From Spirogloea muscicola (taxonomy: Eukaryota): 20,000 nt of DNA. The DNA is taken from positions 596,984-616,983 of the forward strand of contig WELB01000032.1 of NCBI GenBank assembly GCA_009602725.1, in the 5' to 3' direction. The stretch's first letter is position 1, and the number at the start of each line of letters is the position of its first letter. Made by a program: the position numbers and the translations under genes. Below, piece by piece: positions 11,501 to 20,000 of this stretch. The notes beneath the pieces were generated by a model that made no database searches, was not told where the DNA came from, and saw only the letters and a list, made by a program, of their open reading frames with translations.

Positions 11501-12348
11501 GGTGGCTGGTCAAGGTCAGGAATCTGGCATACACGCCCGTTGCTTGCAGTGGTGTGCAGAGGTTACTCCTGAAGCATCGCCAGGTTGGGCTGTATCGTAG
11601 CTGTCAAAATGTTCTAATGGAAATGCCATGCACTGTGCAGTCTGAGCTTGCCTATCATCGAAAGGGTCAGACCAAGAAGATTGTACTGTGCGCTCGCAAG
11701 AAAGGCTTCATTCGACTAGCTGCAGAGGCAGGAGCCTCGCTGGTTCCAGTATTCTGCTTCGGTGAATCACGCTTGTTCGACAATCTCCTCGAGTGGCCCT
11801 ATTTACAGGTATGCAGTGGAGGGTGACTCAAGCCTGGTCTGTGCCCTGAAGGCTTCAGTCTGCTCTGATGTTAAGAAGGGCTGTCGAGCTACCAACCCTC
11901 AACTGCACAGTCACATTGATGTCAGTCAAGGCTGTCGTGCAGTAAGCTTAGATATTACGGCGCGATATGACAGTCTTTGCGTTGGATGCATACAGCTTTT
12001 CATGGGGGGTCTCAATCTTCATTGGTGTGAAGCCCATGCAAATGCCTGACAAGGCTTTGTGACTGTGCTTATGTTGTGCAGCGCTTTGCCTACAAGCGAA
12101 TTGGCTTCCCAATACCTTTTCTGCCAATCGGTTATGGGGGCGTAGCTCCCCTTCCTCGTGCAGTTCCGGTCAGCATTGTGGTGGGAGTGCCAATCCCTAC
12201 GGCGCACCTTGGCCGGAGCCCCTCGGAAGAGGATGTGGAGGCCTTGCGGCAAACTTACTACTGTGCATTGGTGGAGCTCTTTGAGCGGCACAAAGCGGCA
12301 CATGGATTTGAGGGCGTGGACCTCATTCTGATGACAGGAGTGCGGTAG
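8400..12348 (+). CDS. DGAT2: Type-2 diacylglycerol acyltransferase family protein (DAGAT domain) with a long N-terminal multi-pass membrane extension; >=770 aa, 11 exons; exon 1 is interrupted by poly-T and an assembly gap, so the start codon is tentative
   Basis: Exons (8400..gap..)8507-8573, 8666-8904, 9089-9439, 9605-9781, 9913-10110, 10243-10482, 10592-10860, 11001-11112, 11251-11475, 11641-11808, 12082-12348 join in frame with GT-AG boundaries. DGAT2 motifs: YVFGYH|PHGLFP (HPHG), CPGGQ|SE (GGxxE), RKKGFIRLAAEAGASLVPVFCFGE, LPRAVPVSIVVGVPIP, YYCALVELFERHK. Confidence 0.88.
8412..8505. repeat. 93-nt poly-T run ending at an N (assembly gap) inside DGAT2 exon 1; probably an artefact
   Basis: T at 8412-8504 and n at 8505. 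The frame of ATG 8400 differs from the spliced post-gap frame, so the poly-T plus N does not reflect the true intervening length. Confidence 0.8.
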
Positions 12349-12869
12349 AGCACGCTTTCCTGGAGAATAGGAGCACCGTACAATGAACAAGCTGGCACAT
12401 CGGGTTCGTCACCTGATGCCGAGGCTGCATACACAGGAGTTCCCATTTGTATTATGTTGAGGCACATCAGTTGCAGCGTCAGTGTTTCTGCGTTGCCCCG
12501 CTTGGTGGCCCGAGCAAGAGAGCCTCGAGGTGGGGTGGTCGCGGCGGACGTTCGGTGGGGCCGTCGGGGACGGGGGGCCGTCGCGACGTTCCCCACCACA
12601 CTCCGTTTCCACCAGCAGACGGCCCAGGCAGGTGGGCACGCTGGGGTTGGGGGTTGTGGTTTGGGACTGGCGCGGGTGCGCCACGTCTCGGCGGCCGCGT
12701 CGCGCGCGTGGCCGGCCCACCGTCTGGCGGCGGGCCTTTCTCGAACGGCCGCCAAGCGGGGCGGGGTGTGGCAGCCGGGCCGATCTGACGTCCCCGAAAA
12801 CCCTCCACTAAGAAGCGCTCCGGCCTATGGCTCCGCTAGCGTAGACATTAACACCCTCTGTAAGCGCTA

Positions 12870-12886
12870 GGCTGGCTTTTACAGCC
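12870..12886. promoter_or_regulatory. Palindromic upstream element GGCTGGCTTTTACAGCC ~115 nt before the SOUL ATG
   Basis: Matches 8172-8189 except for a 1-nt deletion; followed by ctcatt as in the other copy. Confidence 0.35.
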
Positions 12887-13000
12887 GCTCATTTGACGTC
12901 CAGAGTGGCGTCCGTCTTGGTCAGCTCCTCAACACCATCCCCCCCGCGCCCGCAAGCCGCCGCTGCTGCAGGCCGCCGCGCCAACCCGCGCGCGCCCGCC

Positions 13001-15347
13001 ATGGCGGCCGCCGCGGNCGGGCCTCGCGAGCGCTGCCGGCGGTGGCCTCCCCCGCCGCTCGCTCTCGCGGGGGGCGGCGCCACGGTGCGCCGGCTCTCGT
13101 CCGCAGCTCGCTGGCGGACCGCACGTACATGACGGCCGAGCAGGCGCTCACGTCCGCGGGCGTGGACACCAGCGACCCGCGCCTGGCGCTCGTCCTCGCC
13201 CTGGGCTCCCAGGCCGTGCGGCAGTCTGAGCGAGGTGCCCTGCTTGCATGAGCTCCTCTCTGCTTTGGTCTGTGCGTGCGGCGCCATCAGCGCTTCGCAA
13301 TTGCCGCGCGACTGAGCTCTGGTTTGGCAGGAATTGGCCAATCGCCGTTCCCCTCGTAATATTGCTTGATCTGGCTGTCGACCTCTGCAGCGGTGCAGGG
13401 AGCTGCATCAGAGGTCTCAAAGTACGTCAAGCCGCGCAGGAATGACGGTCAGAGCCTGGAGGAGGCTCTCATGGCAGGTACGCCAGTGCCAAGCAAGCTG
13501 AAATCAAACACGAATTAGTTTCCAAGCAATTCAGCTGCTCACCTCAAAGCTATGGTGGCATCTTCTTACCTGGGGCTGAGTACCTGGTAGCCAGAGAGCT
13601 GGGCAAACTGCAGACTCCGTCACACTGTCTTGCACGTGCACCTTGAAGTCCTTCAGAACTTTGACACGTCGCTACTTTCAGTCTGTGAACGACGATTGTG
13701 ATTGTCTGTTGGCTTAATATGCAGTTCCTGATCTGGAGACAATACCCTCGAAAGTGGTCAAGAAGATGGCCGACTATGAGATCAGGGAAAATGATGTAAG
13801 CACTTTGTCCTACCCCCTCGAGGACCTTGGAGCAGATTGTGATGAAGCGCTAGGCATTGCCAAATCAATGAGGGTCACCTTCCACAGCTTGTGCGACTTA
13901 AGGTTGTAGCTGTAGGATAATCTCAAGATCACGTGACGTAATTAAGCTTCTGTCTAGAGAGGTACTTCTGCGGAGCTTGTTGAATAGGCCCATGGTGGTG
14001 TGCACAGTCTTACATGGTTGCTGAGACGGAGATGCCAAGCACTCGGGGCTTTGATTTCTATGGAGCCTCGCAAGGTTTCAACATACTGGCTGGTTATATC
14101 TTCGGCAAGGTACAATGTTAGGCAAATTGCTTATGTCAAGTTGATGGCTTGATGTGAAGGCTTTGGGACACGAAAGTTGGTAATACGACGAATCCTTACG
14201 AGGACAGCCTCGTTCCCTTGTTGACAGAATGCCAAGCGGGAAGAGATGCAGATGACCACCCCAGTGTTCACGCAGAAGGGAAGAGCCAGCAAGAAGGGAG
14301 AGATGATGGAGATGACAACCCCTGTTGTTACTCAGAAGGTGAGGCTCCTGACGAAGCCCAATCACTTGCAGTAACCTTCTAGACTTCTGACTTGACAATA
14401 AGAGGCCTCAATCCAGATCTTTGCTTCAGCGATTTGAGAAGCTGACATGTTGCACATGTTGCATGTGGCATGTTGCAAAATGCAGGCTGGCGATCTTGAG
14501 AGATGGAAGATGTCATTTAACTTGCCATCTAAATACTCCAAGGAGACTGTGCCTGTCCCAATCGATACTCGTGTATCCGTTCACGAGGTCCCTCCACAAA
14601 CAGTTGCAGTGGTTGCATTTTCAGGCATGCCAATGAGCTCTTTGCCAGTTGCTTGCAACTTTTTGCCCATCGGTATAGCACATGAGTCGCAGGTCATCAA
14701 GATGTTAACTGGCCATGCGTGGAAGAGAGTCAGGCCATGACGGTGTAGGACTTTGTGACTGTTGCTTTGCTTACTCTGGATAGTTGTTGGGCATAACAGG
14801 CTTTGTGACAGATGACATCATTGTGCATGACAGGCTTTGTGACTGATGAAGAGGTGGAGCGCCGCACTGCTCGTTTGCGGGCATTTTTGGCGAGAGACGG
14901 TGTGGCTGTGAAGGATGGAGCACGTGCACAAGTTTCTCAGGTGAGTGATCTGGATTGCAGTTTGGCTTAGCACATGATTGACCTCAGCACGTTAGTATTT
15001 TAGAGCACACTGTACTTCGACTTCCATCCACGCTGGCTGCCATTGTTTTTGCATATATTTTGAGATTCAGGTTGTCTCATGAGTTTGCTTAAGTACATTC
15101 GTTTCATTGTCAAAGTCAGAAGCATGCGAAGGCAAGGAGTCCACGTACTTTGGAATCTTTGAAAGCCTTTTATTCAATATTAATATTTGCTGCAAATCCA
15201 CCACTTATGCATTCACAAGAGGGCAGTTGTCGTACTCACTATCCCGCTACTGTTTGGCTGTTACAGTACAACCCACCTTTCACCCTGCCCTTTATGCGGC
15301 GAAATGAGGTCGCCCTGCAGGTTGAATGGACAGGGGCTGGCAGCTAG
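13001..15347 (+). CDS. SOUL4: Chloroplast SOUL haem-binding-family protein (At3g10130/SOUL4-like), 8 exons, with an Ala/Arg/Ser-rich transit-peptide-like N-terminus; gap at 13017
   Basis: Exons 13001-13234 (N at 13017, frame differs across the gap), 13391-13477, 13725-13795, 14008-14109, 14228-14338, 14486-14624, 14834-14940, 15267-15347. Spliced protein: [12 protein letters not shown]...LEEALMAVPDLET...YEIRE...[22 protein letters not shown]...MQMTTPV...MEMTTPV...[11 protein letters not shown]...[18 protein letters not shown]...[21 protein letters not shown], colinear with At3g10130 as I recall it. Confidence 0.92.
14446..14477 (+). repeat. Short CATGTTG(CA)-type tandem repeat (4 degenerate copies) just before a SOUL acceptor site
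   Basis: catgttgca catgttg catgtgg catgttgca. Confidence 0.6.
14625..14833 (+). other. GC-AG intron in the SOUL gene
   Basis: TCAG|gcatgc ... atgacag|GC TTT is needed to build the conserved VAFSG(F/Y)VTDEE motif. Confidence 0.85.
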
Positions 15348-15967
15348 GGGGCCAGCTCAAGTGGCCACTGCCAATGGGCAAAGAGCATGGCAAGACGACA
15401 GAGGCTTGCAAATGCAACAGCTTTATGAGTATAGCAGGGACAGCATGCTTGTGCCGGACATAAATACAATTTGACTTGCTAGTCAGTAAATCAAACACGC
15501 TTGTGTATGAAGTTGTCAAGATATACTCTTGACTGGTGACAAACACAACAGTGCATGTATGCAATACTGCAGCATGATTACTGAATATCATGCATTTATG
15601 CAACTTTTATTTCTTTAGTGAACCCCTGTATACTTGCAGTACTACATTACCTCATCTCAGAAATTTTGCAAATTTCTACAAATTGAATGCCCCGACGTGG
15701 TGCACTTTGAATACATGGTCTTCCAAGCATTTTCAAAAAAAATCATCTACGCTCTGCTGTGAGGGCTTGAATAGGGTAAAATAGGCAAGCTCTTTGAGCT
15801 GCCAAAAAATGAACATCATGCACCTGCAAAAAGAATGATATATATGCACCTTGTGTACACTGCCTGGAATCAGCAACTTGGAGACGAGGTATTTAATTAT
15901 CGCCTCGCTTGTGATTGAAATGAGCCCACGGCATACTCCAATCTATGTGCTTTTGATGTATAAGAAC

Positions 15968-18900
15968 TCAATTATCAAAGTAGGTGTATGAACGCAGGCA
16001 CTCCTGGAAATTAGCAAGAAGATTCTGTGCAGCATCAAGAGGAAGTTGGTCAACTGTAACTGCAGTCTCGGCAGCTTGGCGAAGACGTTCCATCATATCG
16101 CCTCCCTTATGCTGCACCATGCAGATATCTGTCAGCAGCTTTACACACTTACAGGACGTAAGCACTACCCAGTTTGACATCACCGCTTTATATGTATGTC
16201 CTAGTATCTTGTCTGAGCACGTTCCTTCTGAACAGGTAACATGCAGGTTGTTGACTTACGTGAGCAGTGCAGAGCACTTCTTCCATGTTCTGCCCCTTGA
16301 CCATGTGCTCAATGATGAACCTGCTCTTGTATCTGTGGCCGCTCCCGCCGTTTGCAACACTGCCCTTGGGCCGAGATCGCACATGCACTACATTTGTGCT
16401 GCCAAAGAGGTTGTGCAGACCCCCCATCGTCTCCTGAGTCGTAGTATTAGGAGCATTCATGTGAGGGCTTCACTCCAATCACACAATTGATGGACACCCA
16501 AGAGGATGACAAGCGGAAGAGAAGCAACCCATCCAAAGCTACCAAAGTAAGATTCAATCAGCCATTGTGATTAGCCAACATGTCTTGCCTGGTATACACC
16601 ACCGAGGAAGAGGCCAAGGTAGTAAGGCTTCGCCGGGAGGAGCTGATGGAGCCGCAGGGTGTCGCTGCCGCACGACATGGGCGAGGAGGCCGAGGGCGGG
16701 CCGTGCCCAATGAAGCGGTGGATGCGGCCGTCCGAGTCGCAGGTCAGGTCTGCGAGCGTGGCGTGCACCAGCGGCTCCTCGTGCAGGCGCTGCAGGGGGA
16801 CGATGGGGAAGACCTGGTCGATTGCCCACGCGTCAGGCACCGAGCGGAACACCGATAGATTGATGTGATACACCGCCGCCATGGACTTGCGGAGGGCAGC
16901 GAGCTCCTCGGGCAGCTCCCCTGCCTCCCAAGCATGAAGCAGCACGCGGTGGCATACCACCTGATGATACATGAAAAAGTCACAGTCAAGTATGCTTTCA
17001 GCTGTGACATTTTGTACGATATGTGGAATATTGCTAGTCATAATTTTGCAACTCATCTACCAAATTGTCGCCAGCATGCAATCTCCTCACCAACTCGGTG
17101 CATCTAGCCAAGCCATTGGAAGTGGTCGTTCAGTGGGCGGCAGTCCATGCCTGAAAGATGGACTCGGCCCGGGCGCGCTGCTCTAAGGTCAGGCATCCGA
17201 GACGGAAGAGCTGCGCTGCTTCTGCACGGAACTGCTTGGCATCGTTGAAGGCCTCCTGGAAGTTCCCCGGCTTCATGGAGTTGTGCACCTCTTCAAAGGT
17301 GTGCAGCAAGTATTCCCCTGCAGTGAGGTGCGACGCATGGCCATTCGTGGAGCCACCGGTCTTCAAGCTGACCTGACCAGCAGCTTGTCCATTCCCAACA
17401 GCTGAATCCACAAGGACCTTCCCGGGCGGCGACATAATGTTGAGGTTTTCAAGCGCCCTCTCCTCAGAGTTCTGAGTGACGCCAAGCACATCGAACACCA
17501 GGACGCTGTGGTGCGACGCCAGCGCCCGACCTGACTCCGACAGGATGACGGGCTGCCGCACACCCTTCACAGTGCACGCGTCCAAGACTGCCGCGACCAC
17601 GTCGTTTGCATAGTTCTGTCCTCATCCATGCACAACATGTTATCAGCAAACGTTCCTGTATATGACATGGGTAGATCATGGACGTCCAGATCATGCAGTA
17701 TCAAGAGCCACATGTAGTATAACGTGTCACTTTGCAACTCAGGGGACGCGCAAACTTGTCAGCTACCTGCATTGTGTAATTGGTGGACGCCCCAGAGCGG
17801 CTCTTGGTGCCATCATAATCAACACCAAGGCCCCCTCCAACATCACAATAGCCCTACAAGGAGCCAGACATCTCCTGACTTGAAAACCAGTCGCCCTCAA
17901 TCATGGCACATGAGCACAAGGGCGATAAAAAGACAGCCGGATACTTCTGTATCCATAAGTAGGCAGGAAAGCCGGATGCTTCTGCAGAGCAGAAAATGAC
18001 ATGTACAAGACTGTGGTGAATCCAAATATTCCTAATCTGACTTTAAGTTTGACGGAGTGTGGAGTGACAAGCCTTACAAAGGACAAAGGGCGACGCACAT
18101 GGAGATGACAACTATGTTTGGGCCCCCAGGCTGAAGGCTGCGTACCATCTGTGCGCCCATCAGGACAAGCTCGCAGTAGAGATTGCTGGCTTCCCGCATA
18201 GCCTCCTTGATGATGGCAATGGATGGAATTTGCGAGCCGATGTGGAAGTGGAGGAGCTGCAGGCAGTCCAGCATCCCTGCCTGCCACACAATGCACCAAT
18301 GTGCCCTGGCTTTGCAGAAGAGCTCTGACATTCTGGGTCTCGAAGTCTAGCAAGAGCATCTGTACATGAGCACATTCGTTCCAAGACTGCAGTGCAAGAG
18401 GAGGGCAAAGACATTCAGAGTCATACAAAGACCTACAGAATTATCACAATGGCTGAGGGGCACTGGCAGGAACCAAGTGAATGCTTGTGCCATACCTCCC
18501 GGAGAGCGTACACCACTTGCACAATCTCAGTGACGGTGAGGCCAAATTTCCCCTGGTCACCCGACGTGTCCCCCCAGTGCCCATTGTGGCGCGTGCTGAG
18601 CTTTGCACGCAAGCCCACAACGGGCCGTATGCCCAGCCGCCGGGCTACGTCCAGCACCAAATCCAGCTCCTTCATCTGCCGAGCAGTGCATCGCACCCAT
18701 TATGAGATCTTCTCTGCTGGTAGGAGGAGTAGTGTCTGCACATTGTACTAAGAGATTGATGCTTCCTGCAGAATCGCAACACAGCTTAACTTTGTGCACT
18801 CCTGACACTGTGTCTTTGTTTCTTACCTGCTCTAAGACAAGGACTCCGTTTATCCCCAGCTGCCTCGCCAGAAGCACGCTCTCAATGTACACACGGTCCT

Positions 18901-20000
18901 GGGTCAAGGCAGGGAGGACCACGGCTGTGAGTCCATCTGAGATGATACGAATATTTCGCGCATGCTTCAAGCTGGAGCAGTGAGCCCTGATGGGCCTCAC
19001 AGCAGCAGGAACTGGAAATTCACGCGCACAAGCAGTAGGTCTGACAGCCACGTGACCGTAGCGTCAGAAGAAAGCAGGTGTAGGCGTGTGTTAGACAAGG
19101 CAAGGCGTCAAGCACCCCGGTCGGCAGGACCTTCACCTTGTACCCATTGCAGATGAGGAGGGCGTCCGGAGAGTCGAGGAGGTTGGCGATGGCAATCAGG
19201 ATCTCCGGCTTGGACCCAGCCTCAAGGCCGAAGCGGAACTGGCGGCCATACTCCACAATGTCCTCCACCAGGTATCTGTCGTGGTTGCTCTTGACCGGGA
19301 AGACGCCCTGAAAGTGACTCTGAGGCAGAGGGGAGCCGTACGTATCTCAGGCCACTGAGCTCGAGAGTGTTCCGAAAGCCCTGGTGGAGATCAAGGCAAC
19401 AACAACTGTGGAGCCGGCTGGTATGGGGCGTGACAAGACAAACAGCTGTCTTCCTGTCACCTCGTAGCCGTAGCTCCGGATGGCGGAGTCGAAGCAGCGC
19501 TGCAGCTGCCCGATGCGGTGCTGCACGATGTCGGGGAAGCGGACGATCATGGGCAGCTGCACGCCGCGCCTGCGCAGGGCCTCCACCAGCTCCAGCAGGC
19601 TGAGTGTGTCTGCACGCCGACAAACGAGAGCCGTGCAGCGCTGCATGGGAAAGCTGCGCCCGGATCGAGCTGGAGCGGCGACGATCGCCCGAAGCCCACA
19701 AAACCCACAAAACCCACAAAGCCCACAAGGTCCAGAACCACAAGGCAGAGCCTCGGGACGCCAGAGAGCGTGGCGGCAGAGCCACGAGACGGGCGGCAGG
19801 CACTGGGGTCGGCACCGTCGCCGGAGCCGTCGGGGCAGACGGCCATGCCGCCATCGGCGTCGACGGAGAAGTAGGGGGCGCCCCAGCCGTCGACGCGGTA
19901 GAGGGCGGCGCCGTCCTGGGGCCCCCACGGCGGGTCGCGGACGTCGGCGGGCGCCGGCTGCTGCTCCAGAGCCGGCGCTCGGACGGCGGCGGCGGCGGCC
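15968..20000 (-). CDS. ADC: Biosynthetic arginine decarboxylase (PLP-dependent, fold-type III; SpeA/ADC), 5' end outside the window, >=11 exons, >=714 aa
   Basis: Minus-strand exons >20000-19816, 19609-19461, 19319-19137, 18898-18827, 18675-18496, 18280-18146, 17853-17767, 17615-17151, 16960-16589, 16433-16260, 16111-15968 join in frame. Motifs: [28 protein letters not shown] (PLP lysine), [95 protein letters not shown]. Confidence 0.96.
16434..16588 (-). other. GC-AG intron in ADC
   Basis: TAC CAG|gcaaga ... actcag|GAG ACG restores the conserved GxYQE.xGxxHNLFG motif. Confidence 0.9.
16961..17150 (-). other. GC-AG intron in ADC
   Basis: TTT CAG|gcatgg ... catcag|GTG GTA gives AESIFQ|VVCHRV, colinear with SpeA AEQLY..xCH.V. 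There is no GT between this site and the next in-frame stop. Confidence 0.8.
19692..19727. repeat. 4 x 9-bp tandem repeat AA(A/G)CCCACA in the first visible ADC intron
   Basis: aagcccaca aaacccaca aaacccaca aagcccaca. Confidence 0.85.

Noticed and set aside
12634..12665. G-run cluster as a promoter G-quadruplex
   Set aside because: Expected by chance in such a G-rich island and one loop is long; no independent support.
12258..12870. Several 100-165 aa ORFs on both strands between DGAT2 and SOUL
   Set aside because: Stop-poor GC-rich promoter island; no domain features or convincing splice structure.
16580..16868. Plus-strand ORFs antisense to the ADC exon
   Set aside because: Antisense shadows of a GC3-rich coding exon.

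Overview
Eukaryotic, intron-rich, gene-dense genomic DNA, probably from a streptophyte green alga (inferred from plant-type RBM28, SOUL4 and arginine decarboxylase sequences). I could splice five protein-coding genes by hand: (1) the 3' end of an ankyrin-repeat protein (+, to 631); (2) a nucleolar multi-RRM protein RBM28/Nop4 (+, 1117-7368, 19 exons, ~1054 aa); (3) an unusually long DGAT2-family acyltransferase (+, ~8400-12348, 11 exons, >=770 aa) whose N-terminal half has two copies of a membrane module with a THG.xG...FWQPF.GG..FV..Q..AW signature that I cannot assign to a named domain; (4) a plastid SOUL haem-binding-family protein like Arabidopsis At3g10130 (+, 13001-15347, 8 exons); (5) a biosynthetic arginine decarboxylase (-, 15968 to beyond 20000, >=11 exons) that keeps a bacterial SpeA-like helical insert. 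Gene 5' ends sit in very GC/CpG-rich islands, three of which contain a single-N assembly gap. Main observations: the duplicated membrane domain on DGAT2, 4 of 46 modelled introns with GC donors, the intron-rich and almost all phase-0 ADC, a near-identical palindromic element upstream of DGAT2 and SOUL, and a duplicated splice acceptor in SOUL. No CRISPR, rRNA, tRNA or intact mobile element was seen. Homologue comparisons are from memory, not from searches.
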